From: Gordius albopunctatus
Lineage: Eukaryota
Reading direction: 5' to 3'
Length of the DNA: 64,000 nt
NCBI GenBank assembly: GCA_964276515.1
Contig: OZ193910.1
Span: forward strand, 3,410,001-3,474,000
Part shown: positions 22,579 through 36,004 of the stretch, piece after piece
Numbering within the stretch: position 1 is the first letter of the stretch
Layout: every line of letters begins with the position of its first letter
Notes under the pieces: generated by a model
The model's database searches: none
What the model saw: only the letters and a program-made list of their open reading frames with translations
What the model was told of the DNA's origin: nothing
Made by a program: the position numbers and the translations under genes

Positions 22579-23686
22579 TTATGATATATTAACATTATTT
22601 TCATCATTGATCTCCATCTTTTCAACATTAGCATCATTCTCAAAACCTAAATTTGATATATCTATGCTAATAAAATAAATTAATACTTGGTAGAGATAAT
22701 TGTAAGTCATGGCCTATATGGAGGAAGCTGTAAAACTGTTTGCGCAACTTAGCAAACTAAATTTATAAATAAGGATTGTATTATAATTAATTGACTAATA
22801 TTACAAATATATAAAACATTTACATTTTCATCCAAGGCTTTGTTTTCATGTTCTAATGTTTCTATCTCACTCTGTAATTCTGTTAATTTGCTAATTAGGC
22901 CAAAAAATTGGTTATATTCATTTGTCACAAATTTTTTACTCGAGGCTTTCTTTTCTTTCTGGATGTTGCTTAATAGTCTTGGCAAGATCATCATATTCTT
23001 AAGATATATAAAAAAATCAAAGATTTCACAATTACCTTCATTGTTTTTCCGAATAAGTCTGGCAACTTTTAATTCATTTTGGCATTTTTCAAGATCCTTC
23101 ACAACCTTAATTATTTCATTTTCTAAAATAACCAAATATATTTAGCATTTATACTACACATTTCCAAATTAATATTGAATTAAGAAGTTGTGCATATAGT
23201 TATGATAAAATGTATTTATTTACTAGGCTGCAGAGTATAAATCAAGATTGATTTAAAGTTAAAATGAGTTATAACTTATTAAATTGGTAAATAATCAAAA
23301 CAAAATAATGCTTTGCTAAGGTAAATTGTAATTTCACCTATTTCTATCAGCTTTTCTTGATAGATTTTTTGATCATTTATATTGGACAAATAAACATCAT
23401 TGTTTTTCTGTATTGACAATTGACACTGTTCCAATAGTAAATTTAGTTTTTCTGAATAATTTTCTCTAAAAAATTACTATAAAACATGTATAGACACACT
23501 TTTCATCTTCACTATTTGTGCTAGATACTATATTACACCACATATCATAAGTCTTCATCAACATTTGTATTCTCTTATCATCGCCACAACCTTCTCCATC
23601 TATAAGCAACCTATACCTTATAACATCATCTAAAACTTTATTGCCAAAATATTAAATAAATTACCATCGGTACTTGCGACCGTCAT
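22579..23686 (-). CDS. THOC7: THO complex subunit 7; exons 23686-23665, 23629-23500, 23465-23338, 23122-23036, 22997-22940, 22890-22824, 22756-22687, 22646-22579
   Basis: MTVASTDDDVIRYRLLIDGEGCGDDKRI...ARLIRKNNEEYDDLAKTIKQHPERKESL...LRKQFYSFLHIGHDLQ matches THOC7 motifs (DDEVIRKRLLIDGDG, RIRKNRQEYDALAK, RRKQF). The last acceptor is the least certain. Confidence 0.92.
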
Positions 23687-24031
23687 TATTAAGCAGAGAG
23701 GTACATTATTTAAACAAACACGCTTAATTAGTTAATATGCCACTTAACGGATTTGCAAAGAGTCCGCTTATAATCTACTAAGAGTTTTCCTATCAAATCA
23801 TAGGATTATGTCTAGAGGTAGCCTTTTTGTATTAATTATAGGTGGATATTGGTTTAGGTTAAGGGTTAAATCTCTTCATATTTCGGCCAGATGTGTGAGG
23901 CATTTATTTATCAATCGTAAAATCTGTAGTTTATTCATTTTAAAGAGCGTCTCTTAAGTGTTAAGGGCTTATATATCTGATTAATTATTATATTTATTAT
24001 AATTATTTAGCAATTAGACTCGAGAAATTTC

Positions 24032-25226
24032 TAGTGTATCGATCTCGTCTCGGTCTCTAAAGCAAAATCTCGTCTCGGGTGGGATTATTAAAATCTCGTC
24101 TCGGCCAAGAAAAATCTCGTCTCGGCGATAATTCTCGTTTCGACTTTCACAAATAATTTTACCATATATTTTTTTCTGGCTCTTATGAGTTATTATATAA
24201 GATATAAATTTGTCAAAATGGAACCAATTTTTTATCTCAAACCCCAAAACAGAAGCTAGATGAGTAACGTAAGGTAGGAGGCATTAATATAGATGTTATA
24301 TACTAGAGGAAGAAGGTATAAAGTTGCTAATTAATAAATTTAATTTCCTAGCTAAACTCAATCAAAGGATATTTTAACATAATGAATTATTGAAATCCTA
24401 TATAATAATGTTAGAATAATAACAAAAAATGCGAGAGATAACTTTTAAAAGTATTATCATTATTTATAACAAGTAATTATCTCAACATTTTAAATACAAT
24501 AAAATAGGCATTATTGTTTGAAGAACTTAAAATCTTTGAGATCTTACGTTGATTGCATATATATAATTATGAGGGTAAAAATCTTCTTAAATAATTAAAT
24601 TAATGTTGTTAAATAGAAAATTTTAAATATTATAGTGTGGCATCCCATTATATAGAGCAAATTGTTTTTTGCATTGAATAATTACACACTAATAAAGCCT
24701 ATGTTCATATTTTTAATTTATTGATAAATTGCTGCAAAAAATTCAGTGATGAAATTTGTGCAATGCATTAGTTAAAACATCATTTCCTAACTAATTACAT
24801 ATATAATATATATTATAAACAATTATTTAGTCATTTTTAGAGATTATGTTTGATATATAATAACTGTTAGATGCTTACATTTTCTGAAGCATTTAGGTTG
24901 GCTGAAATTTTTTTGGGTATTGATATCATATTAAATAACTTGATTATGGTAAAGGCTATAGTAATCCTTATTATAGTCAAATGGAATTAATTTGAATTTA
25001 ATATCCTAAATTTAAATCTCATAAAATAAAAATCCCTAATTAGCTAAATTAAGACTTAATAGTAAAAAACAAAAATTAAAGCCGAGATTTCGCTGATAAA
25101 ATCTCGTCTCGTCTCGAGGTCAAAATTCTTGTTTCGATCTCGACTTAATTTTTCAAATTCTCGTCTCGTCTCGGTTTTTAGAGACGCGACGAGACAGAGA
25201 TTTTTCTCGGTTTTTCTGCATCACTA
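24032..25226. mobile_element. Non-autonomous hAT element with TCTCG subterminal repeats
   Basis: TAGTG...CACTA termini, perfect 8-bp TSD GAAATTTC, and TCTCGTCTCG arrays at both ends. Confidence 0.88.
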
Positions 25227-25379
25227 GAAATTTCCATTGCGCTGTATTTAACCTTCCGAATTCTAAGATTAGATTCTAATCCTCATCTATATATTAAAGA
25301 TTTATGAAAATTTTATAGTTTCGCCATGAAAATATCAAAAAATTTTATCAATTAGTTTTCATACACATAAACCTTTTAT

Positions 25380-25759
25380 CATGGGGGTAGTCAGGGGGCA
25401 GGGAGGGGCGGCTTCCCCCCCCCACCCCTAAATCCAAAAATTTGTTAAATTTTATTAAAATTATCGCTAAATTTTCAAAAAATGTTCATTTTGCCCGTCC
25501 CTAAATCATTATTGTCCCTAGAGTTGTTAAATTGCTAACTTGCTTCAAACTCCAGACGCGAGCACGCATACTGGGTTGCTTAATATGCGCGTTAGCACAA
25601 TGTGTGCTAGCTGTTCGGTGCACTAAGCAGAGCAGTAGCATATAAAAATGCTCGAGGGCCGAGCAGAACCTCGAGCAGATGGTAGCTGGAATTGAAGAAA
25701 GTTAGCAATTTAACAACTCTAATTGTCCCCTTCTAATTTCAATGCTGGCTACGCGTATG
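25380..25759. mobile_element. hAT MITE (CATGGG family) with a nested insertion
   Basis: TIRs CATGGGGGTAGTCAG/CTGGCTACGCGTATG; TSD CCTTTTAT. Confidence 0.88.
25519..25721. mobile_element. 203-bp hAT MITE nested in the previous element
   Basis: Long TIR TAGAGTTGTTAAATTGCTAACTT; perfect 8-bp TSD ATTGTCCC. Confidence 0.92.
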
Positions 25760-27222
25760 CCTTTTATGCCATTTGAAACAATTAAATTCTTTTACTCAGA
25801 GCAATACAAACGTTTTGCTTTTCATATTTAGAATGCTTTTCAAGATTAACAAATATAATCCTAAATTTATGCTCTCTCTTTGTTTTGTGAGTAGTTACTC
25901 AGGTACTTGCCTGTTTATTAAAATATTGTTGCATTAAACATCTAAAAAGTAAATTAATATATAGCCTTGTAACCTCTATATTATTAATGAAGCCCATTAT
26001 AATTTACATGTCGCAACACGGAATAAACTTTATCGCTATGTTAATAGAGTCGATGAAGGAGCTTAATTTGGAACATGAGAATGTGGTTCTAAAGAGTTCA
26101 TGAAATCACATAATTCGATTTCAAAAATATTTCTTATGCATTATGAAATGTTATATTTAACTACTGCACTTATTTACAAAGACAAAATTTGCCCAATTAA
26201 AACATTTTATAAACTTTTTTTATATATAGATTATTGAAAAATATTAAAGTCATGAGTTATACATATGAATTTTTATACATTTGATAGGCTTGTTTTTGGT
26301 TGTCCTGTCCACCTTTAATTTTTTTGATCGCAATTTATGGGCTATATTTTGGTTGTTCTTTCCATCCTGTCCGGTCCACTTTTTTATTTTAATTTATGGA
26401 AACTTATGCTTCTTTATAAGACTTTTTCGCTTTCGCATAAAGACTAGTTTATTTTTTGACCCTCGCCCGAGCCCGAATTTCATTTTTGTTATTTTTGCCC
26501 AACTTATTACTTTTAGAAATTTCTTTTGGCAATTTGTCTAGCTTGTATGTTTACAACAGCTACCTTCTCCAACCCCCTTTCAAATCCTCACATCTCTAAT
26601 ACGCGCGCACTCATCTACCCCCTCCCTCATACCTACACTAGCATCCACGCAACAAACTTAACCACTCATTGTTAGGGTTCACATCGATTATCAATTAATT
26701 ATCGAATAGCAATTCTAATTTTTATAATTGTAGAATCGAGAAAATTATAAGAAACACATTTTTGTGTCTTTTATTTATATTATACATGCTAATATACGTT
26801 TTTTTATATTGCTAACATTAGTTAATAAAAATTGTAATTGAAGAATTTTAAACACAGTTTCAATTTGAGAAATTCCCGTTTTCAAGCTAAAAATGTCACT
26901 TTTTAAAATTATAAACCCCGTCCATATTTCCTATGCCTTCTGACATTTATTAATTAATAACACCAGCTTAAGCAAATATTAAGCCTTGTAAATTATTTTT
27001 CATTACCCTTGCCTCGGGCCGAGTCTGGGTTTTCTGTTTCTGTACTGTCCGTCAGAAAACCATGATAAGCCTCTTGTTAATGATTGATTCTCGCTTTTTA
27101 AATTTTATTATTTCTAACCCCCGATTATTTAATAACATATAGCACAATTAAATCCTCACCCTCTTAAGAATTCTCCACCCCCCCCCCCTAATTCGGACCG
27201 GGTCAACTAGTTTCTTCTTTTC

Positions 27223-28707
27223 TAGTGTTTCGATCTCGTCTCGTCTCGGGATCGATTACAAAATCTCGTCTCGTCTCGGGATCGATTATAAAATCTCGAT
27301 CTCGTCTCAGTCTAGAAAAATCTCGATCTCGTCTCGTCTCGACTTTAAAAAAATATATATACGGAATAAAAATTTCTCCTGTTCAATTTAAAATATTAAA
27401 TTAGCGTTAAAAAATTAAAATGGCAAATTTTTATATTTTTTGAAAAACTTTAGTATACAAACTTCTAAAAGATTTAGCGGGACACGACATTTCATTAACA
27501 ATATAAAGGTATGAATTCATTCATAAAAATAACATTTTCCAAGGAAAGTGCAGACTAAAAAATTATAAATAAATATAAAGTATAGAAAATTAAATTTTAT
27601 TGTTCTAGCAAATTATAAGATTTGTATCAAATCACTGTGTTTGACTATAAATAGACTTAGAAGATAATAAGTTCGGTTATAGTTGACTTAGTTGTACAAT
27701 TGAGCAAATTGAGACCCTTTATTAACCTTGGCTAAAGCTTCAAAGTAAACCTTAACATATTTAAGGCAAACATTTAAGTCCATTAGTACCATCATTAATT
27801 ATAGCCCATAGTGTTTATTGCATGTTTACTATAGCGTTATAAACCAGAAAGTGCGAGTAACTTTTAATGATAATATTATTATTTACAGAATTGATAACTA
27901 GATGCACATATGAAAACTGGTAGAAACAACAATAAAAGCAGCATTATTATAGGATTAGGAATATGAGGTTTTAAACTGTAAATTGCACGTATTTAAATTT
28001 ATGGCAAAAATCATTATAATCAAATTTATATTCCAAATAATTATCTTCCAAATCTAACTAACTTTGCCATTAAATAGTTATTTATCGAATATAATTGAAG
28101 CATAAAAACTTCCAGAAAACGCATGCTTTAGATTTAATCTATTAGGGTGTCAGTCATTAAATACTCTATTGTACTTTTGAAATCGTTAGGCGAGTGCTCA
28201 AAATCTCGAGCCACCTTAGCTTAACTAGTTTAATTATTCAAACTGATTGACTACCAGGATGAGTAACTGCGAAATTCAGATATGCTTTAGTAATATTTAC
28301 TATTCAATCAGAACTCATTCTAAGCCTATAATTTTGCAAGATTTAATAATGCTATGGATTCAAATATTTGATAAAGATATTTTAAAATTATTCATATACC
28401 CTAAGGGTCAACCATACTTAGGTAAATGATTGACAAATTTTTAATTTTTTGCAAAAATATAATATTTACACGAATTTTTTTAATGTCAAATATATTCCAT
28501 AGATATTGATTTACACTTAATACCTTAAATGTAAAAATACACAATAATTTACTAAAATCTAACGATCAAAAAAAAGTCGAGATCTCGCCGAAAAAATCTC
28601 GTATCGTCTCGTCTCGACATCAAAATTCTTGTCTCGATCTCGACTCCATTTTTCAAATTCTCGTCTCGTCCAAGACCGAGATTTTTCTCGGGTTTTCTGC
28701 ATCACTA
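27223..28707. mobile_element. Second copy of the TCTCG-repeat hAT family
   Basis: Same termini and subterminal arrays as 24032-25226; the TSD is degenerate (TTCTTTTC/GACCTTTC). Confidence 0.75.
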
Positions 28708-29119
28708 GACCTTTCGGCAATAGGTTCTCGTAGTCCCCACTTTTTGCAGATGCATTGCGTTGCTTAAGCCCTCTCTTTACCATTGTTAAAATTGCATTGC
28801 AAATGAACTAATAGCATACGAAGTGTAGAAGAGCATTAGGCTATGGCTGAACAAATACAAAAGGAGGGCCGGAGTTCAGAGAGCGGAGCCCCTTGCGTGC
28901 GGTTCAAGGGCTCGGTGGGGGGGGGGGGGAGTTCTTATATATATTTCCTTTAAAAATAGATGGCAAGGCACTTAAATGAATCGCCGTGTTTTTTTAACTT
29001 GCACGTATAACATTTTAAATATTTTTTTCAATTTTATTTTAACAAATTAATTGAATTAATATACACAATTTACATATTTAAAGACCTTTATTAACAATTA
29101 TTAAATGACATTGTTGTAA

Positions 29120-31198
29120 TTAGTTTTCCAATGAGGGTAGGCTTTTAAGTACCCATAAAGCCGTTGTTATTTGTTCATCCTGACGACAATTGTCATCCTT
29201 GATAATGGAACAAGCGTCAAAAAAATCTAAAACTTCCCAATTAGCCGTGAGGTGTTGTAGCCTATTCGGTCCATAAATTCTATGCGCGTTCCAAACCAAC
29301 GAAGAGCCTTGAAGATGAAAGGGAACATTTAAAAAAAGGATAGAACCAGGTGGTAGTAAGCACCACAATTGTGCCATGGCAACTAGATCGCCTTCTGGGT
29401 GAAGTTCGTCACCATATCTCCCTAAACCGGAATGTTCTATGGAAGAAAATGAGATTGCAAAATCTATCGGTAAGTGGGTCCAGTTTTTCCTGGTTTCTAC
29501 ATCATTTTTCCACAGGGCATACAAGTCCCGGGGGGTAAGTCCAGCAATCTTGGGATGATTGGAAAGTACGGCCAGGTAGTCTACCATATACACAAAAGAT
29601 GCTCCATTCAATAAGGCCATCGAAGTCAACCAAGCGTTGTCACTACTACCAAAATCCAAACCTGTGTGATTCGCCACGCGGTATTCGGGTAGCGCGTATT
29701 TAGTCAGAGCCATTTGCAAAATATCTTCCTCCAAGAGACCATATGACCCGGTGCCCGTTCTTTTTGCACGAGTCCTGATCTTAATTTCGATTTCCTCCAC
29801 CGTTATAGGTCTACTCCGTGCTTTGCCCGATTTTTCCTGAGCAAAATAATAGTTTTGTGACAACGGCATTTGTCCCCACATCGTATATCTATCGTACAAC
29901 TCATCGGGTGGCTCACGGGGTGGAGGCCAACCGTATTTTCTCTTTTTTACATCGCTCTCTTCCGGAGATATGTCCAGTTTTTTCATTATCGATTCGCAAT
30001 TTACCTATTGTAATTTATGTTTGAAACGAATCAACTTCAAATATTTGCTTATAATAGGGAGAAGGAAAATCAATGGGTTAAAAGTCAAAAATGTATGGAT
30101 AATTTAGTATGCTGTTGGAAAACATCGTTTGCTGTCATTTTGTGTATAAGCGTTATGTACTAGTGTTATATTTGCTACTAATTATTATAATATTCCTTAT
30201 TGATTTACTATTCTTTCACATTTTGTTAGCATAAAAGAACATTGTATTTGAGTTGCATCTAAAATAATGCTTTAAAAACCTATATATAGTTTTATTTTTT
30301 GTAGCTTATGTACCTCCCTGCCTCAAAATGCAGCATAGTTTATAATAATGATAAGTAAATTCTCAAACTTCAGTCCTCTAAAAGCTAATTACAATCCGAC
30401 CTGAAAAATTAATGTCCAAGTCCAACAGTTCTTTTTACTGATTTTGAACCAGTAATTATTAGACTTTTAGTAAAAATATTCACATATTTTCTTCGCCTTT
30501 TGAACAAATTCTATGGCATAATTTGGAAAAATAAAAATCGGATTTTTTGGCCTATTTAATTATAAAAACATAAGGTTTAATATCTCAATAAGTTTATGTT
30601 TTAGCAAACTGACCATTTGGATTGAGTTAGGTCGCTCTTGTAAGACTTATCGTATAACTTTTGTATGTCTTATAACTTATTGTAAGGATTTAATTGTGAT
30701 AAGAACACAAATTTTGTATAAGTATTAGTAGGCTTAATAATTAAAAAAGTAAACATAAATTTGCTGTTAATGCCAATATCTATTAAAAAATTTTAAACTT
30801 CTGACCTTTTTTCTTATTAATGGATGGTATTTCGTTGATATCCCGTTCATAGTAATATCACATATTTCACCGCACCACTCATCTACTGGACCAAAATTTA
30901 TATTATTATTTTTTTCTAATTCGGGATCTCCAATACCTGTGGTAACTACCTTTTCTTTGACAAAGTCAAAATCTGATGGATTTTCAGTTATTGCTATAAT
31001 GGGATCCATTGCTGCAATAGAATTTTGCTTTGGATTTAAATTAAGCTCTTCTAACTTTACATGAGAGCGAATTTCAGAATTATCTTGAACATCAGGTCTC
31101 ATACGCGAGCCAATTAGGAGTCCGTATATAGTGGCCAATAAGCATACAGAAAGAAGCCACAATTCTAAGGGTATTTTGAATAAAGACCTAGAAATCAT
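29120..31198 (-). CDS. DUF268-family methyltransferase-like protein with an N-terminal signal anchor, ~425 aa; exons 31198-30806, 30004-29120
   Basis: Motifs GLDFGS..W, FSSIEHSGLGRYGD.L.P.GDL.AM, LFLNVP and WNAHRIYG. Hydrophobic segment LWLLSVCLLATIYGLLIG. A phase-0 GT-AG intron joins RKK|VNCESIMKK. Confidence 0.85.
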
Positions 31199-33802
31199 TT
31201 AAGATTTAAGCTAATATCGCATTTTCCTTTTATAAATTCATTTAGGCTTAAATCGACAAGTTTTAAGGATTACAGTTGTTGAACTTGATTTAACCATTTT
31301 ACTTTTGACCCAGGATTCTACCATAAATGGAAAGGCTTTGTTTTATACAGGGATTTAATACTACTAATCCACCACAAAAGCCTTTCATCATAATGATTTA
31401 TCATGGCTATATGCTCTAATTTTTTCACTAAGTCAGACCTATATCAAGCCCAGTTTTAACATCTATTTTATGGACATTGGGTAAAAATAATAGATTTTTA
31501 TCGTTTTTAATTAATTAATTTTTTTGAGGGAAACATTTTGTTACCTATTTAAAGTGTTATTAAATTTAATCGATATACGCTGTTTGTTAAATTAAAGGAT
31601 GTGACTGTTAAACTTATAGCTTTAAACCACCATATTATTAGTGGTTAACAATTACCCTAGACTTTATATTTGATTGAATTAAAATTTGAGCTGGCTAATT
31701 AAAAAAATATCTTATTTGAAAACTGCCTTTTTGAACCAATACAAAATTGATGTTTCTTTAAGTCGCCTATAGAAAGAGCATCAAAAAATAGTTTAGTTAG
31801 ATCTCCATTTGTTTAAGTTGGAGCAGACATTTATAGACTAAAATCATAACTAGTTGTAAATTACGAACTATATTTTGGCACAAACTCAAATATCTGAAGA
31901 ATATTTTAAAGGCTAATTTAAATTTTCATAACATCATTTATAGTTTTATTACTTTCACTTCACTTTTCATTTTGTCACAATTCTAATTGCACTAAATTCC
32001 TGTGATGTCCCACTACATCATGCCAGGTCGTCTTTTTAAAGTTGTCGCCTTTACTTAATAGGGAAAGACAAGACAAGACTTCAAAGACATTTACCGACGA
32101 TAATAACATGTTGTATATGTTTTTTTAATTGTTTCGTGCATACACATGACATGATATATAATTCGTTAATTGTAACAACAAGAACAACACGTACAAAACT
32201 TGGATACAGGCTTTAAAATGCATGCAAAATAGGTGAGAATTGTGTAATGGTTAACTGGCAAGCGAATATAAATAATATGGGCGTTGCCAGAATTTAAATT
32301 CAGGTTGAAAAAAAGTCAGGGAGAGGCAAATAATGATTTTTTAATACCGTGATTGCATGGGCGTAGCCAAGGGGAGAGGCAGAGAGGGGCTGCTGCCCCC
32401 TTTAAATCCTATAATTTGTTAAAATTTATGGCTAGAATTGCGAAAAATGTTAATTTTGCCCCTCCCTAAATATTTTTACGCTCTTGTGTTACTAAACATG
32501 AGATACGTTCTTTAACTAATATTTTATAATTAAAAAGGTTACCAAAATTTCCCAATTAATTTGATTACATACTCACTATTATTGCAATATCGATTTTATT
32601 GCGCATCATCATTCATTCATTTATAAGTTTTTAACTAAATTTTGTTTGGAGGAATGCTCTGGTTTTGTCAATCCTCAATTAAAATTTAGGTTAATTTATT
32701 TTTCTTCTTAACAGTGGGCTAAATTTAATGAAATCCCGCAAAGAATATTAAACAAAAATATAGACTTAAATAAAAATTAAGGGAAAGGCATAAATCAATG
32801 GATTTTAAAATACATTTAATAAACCTTTATGAAGACTTAGTGATCATTTAATTAAAAAATAGCTCTTTCGAGAGGATTAACAACTAACTATTCATGCACC
32901 ATCAGAATTTATAACTACGTCTTCTCTAAAATTGCACAGAGGAGTGTTATTTTTTATCGTTTAAATTATCTAAAACCAGTTTTGCACTGTTCTTATAACT
33001 TTGACCAAAAAATAGGGTCGATACTTTAGCAACTTTCTAAGAAGGTTGTCACGGAATATAAGTAAATTAATATATGTATATAAATGTATACATTTTCAAC
33101 AGGTAGTAGTACTACTACTACATGTATTCAAGTGCCCGGCATGCATCCCCAGTATAGAGGAAAAAGGGCAATGGTATGGGGGGGGGGCAAAGGGGGCACA
33201 GATGAGTGAAATAAAAAATTTTCCCACACGCGAAAAACACACGCAAAACAAGTCATTTGTAGAGGCAGAGGAGAGTCACATCTTTGAGATGATTTGGCCA
33301 GACGTTGCATTAAAGGTGAAAACGAATAAAGTGAGAAGTAAGTGGAGGGGGGGGGGGTCAATGAGGAAGTTGTAGCTTGGCTAGGGCAAAGGAAGGGACA
33401 TAAGTCACACATTTTACCTAATAAAAATCATCTCAGCAAATTTAGGGAATTTCGAGCAAAGCCTAGCTTAAATTATTTACACGCGTTCGTTACCCGGCAA
33501 TGAATACATCCGATTCCTAATGATGTAAGTGCGTTTTTGATGAATTGTTGAATTGACTCACAATAATGTGGCTAAATAGCAGAACTTAACTTATTTGGGA
33601 ACAGCTATGACTATTATTAGGCCCTAGAAAACTCAAAATTATTGATTTGTGTCCTTATTTTATGTTTTGACTTTATTGATTTTAGAATTCATTTTTAAGT
33701 TGAATTATAGTTAAAATAAATAAAAGCCACATTTCACATATAAAATTTAATTTTGTGAAATTTATCTTGTCATTTCCCATGATCGATATAAATTTATCAT
33801 AC

Positions 33803-33853
33803 AACGGACGGACGGACACCAAAAAGCGAGCCCATAAATTGCATAGCAATTAA
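33803..33853 (-). mobile_element. 5' end of the Helentron-type (HINE) family seen at 60430-62680
   Basis: Reverse complement reads TTAATTGCTATGCAATTTATGGGCTCGC-TTTTTGGTGTCCGTCCGTCCGTTG, nearly identical to 60430-60483. Confidence 0.7.
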
Positions 33854-35858
33854 AATTGATAGCCGTTATTACGCGTCGATGATGAGATATAAAAGCAATT
33901 CAAATATTTTCTCATAAAAAATTCGCACCTAGGTGCAAATATGCTAGTTCTTTGAACAAGAGTTGAACCAGTAAGAAGAACATTGTCAATCTTGTAATAA
34001 AACAAGATACCGTATTTAGTGGGGGATGATAACTTTCCATATTTTGACCTTTATATTAAATGAGGTTTGTCAACTTTTATACCCGTAATTGTTTTCCACC
34101 AACAAGTTAGTTGACATGGGCCTAGTCGGAATGAAAAAAAGGGGACAAAAGATTAAGAAATCATTTTAAAAAGTGTGAAACAGTGTTTTTTTTAATTTTA
34201 ATAATACTACTGTTGGTAATACAGGATTAATTTTCATTTAAGGTCCCATCCTGAATCCCAATGGATTGGTTTTTCATTGAAGCTTACACGTGGGCGTAGC
34301 GAGGATTGCAATTAGAGAGATGCGGCAATAATGACCTAAAAAGAACGAGAATTTTTTGAAACTTATCCTTAATTACATTAAATCATAAAATTTATTTTGA
34401 TTTAGAGGGGGGCAGCTGTCCATCCCTGCCTCCCCCTGGCTACGGTCATGTGCTTACACCCACATTCTAAAATTTGAAGCTTAGACCAAACTTTAAGGCT
34501 ACAAATTGAGGCATATTATTTAAAGTAATGTTCTGACTCAAAATCACAGATCAAGCAAGCATCCTAGACATTATGGTGACCCTGTTTAGTCACTTTTCTA
34601 TTTGTTATGACTTTTGTTTAACGAGTAAATGCTTCTATTTAACTTTAAGTAATATGATATCGTATTATTTTCTAACTCAGTATCCCATATGATCATTTTA
34701 CCTGTTCTTGAGTGCGTTCATCAGCGTAAGTTAATTTGAATTAATTCGAGTGGTTGGGTAAATAAATTAAGCCTAAAAGTCTACAACTTTCAAGATGTGT
34801 GTGAACATGGTATTAAATTACCTCTAACTTGTCCTAATGAAGTATAATAACTTCTTTCCGATTTTGGGTTCTGGGTAAATTGTTTATATCAGAATAGTGT
34901 ATTATTTTATTTGACGCATTTTCTCTTTTATATTTTATGTATTTATATTATATTACTGTCAACGGATTTTTAACAAATAAACTGTTTAATAAAAAAAATT
35001 GTTTAGCTTGAACAAATCAAAACAAAATAAAGGCTTTATTAAAGGAATGATAAGAGTATAAAGGAAATATTATCTTGTCTTGTTTATCTTTATTGAAAGA
35101 TTTAAGGACCTAAATGTAGCATATATAAGTCTGGCCATGGGCTTAGCCAGGGGGGAAAGCGGCTGCCCCCCTCTAAATGTAAAAAATCTTTTAAAATTAT
35201 GGATAAAATTTCACAAAATGATTATTTTGCCCCTCCCTAAATCATTATTGCCCCCCCCTCTAATCCCAATGCTGGCTACGCCCAGGACTCTAGCTATATA
35301 TCAATTACTAAAATAAATAAAATATTTCAATAGAGTTAATTGCTTTTTTTGTTGTTAAAATTAAATTATGTTTAAGCTTCGAAGGCTGTGGATTGCAAAT
35401 TGTTAATAAAAAGTTTAAAAAATACTTTTTATTTTAAATATTTATTATTTCAAAAATTTAGCGAAAACATGTCAATTTGAGGTTAAGTCCATTATGTTTT
35501 TAAATAGGTATTGAAATTCTACACCTTTACTTAAAATACAAAATTTTATTGTAAAACAAATTTTATTTTCAAAATTACACACAAATAAAGTGACTTTAAA
35601 ATTTAACTTAGCGACAGCCATTTCGTGCAAGATCGTAACTAAAACGCGCATCAAGGGGTGGTAGGGACGCCCCCCCCCTCCCGTAATTCTAAAAATTATT
35701 AGAAAAATCATTAAAATGTCAAAAAATCATTTTTTGCAATCGGTTCCTAAATTATTAGTGTCTCTCTCAATTCCTTACGCCGATCGCGTCATTTATGCCC
35801 TTAATGTTTGCCAATTTCGGCACTAACATTATGTGTCAAGTTAGAACATTCAACCTTC

Positions 35859-36004
35859 CATAGGCGTAGCCAAGGGGGGCAGGGAGGGGCAGTTGCCCCC
35901 TCTAAATCCAAAAAATTGTTGAAATTTATTATAATTATGGCTAAAATGTCAAAAAATGATCATTTTGCTCCCCCCCTTTAACTCCAATGTTGGCTAGGCC
36001 CATG
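35859..36004. mobile_element. hAT MITE, CATGGGCGTAGCC family; further full or partial copies at ~5300, 5762, 7257, 32357, 34288, 35136, 37633, 39840, 41240, 51969
   Basis: TIRs and perfect TSD CAACCTTC; shared internal motif TCTAAATCCAAAAATTTGTT...AAATGATCATTTTGCCC. Confidence 0.88.

Noticed and set aside
27185..27212. Helitron 3' end (CCGGGTCAACTAGT)
   Set aside because: No convincing subterminal hairpin or matching 5' end was found.
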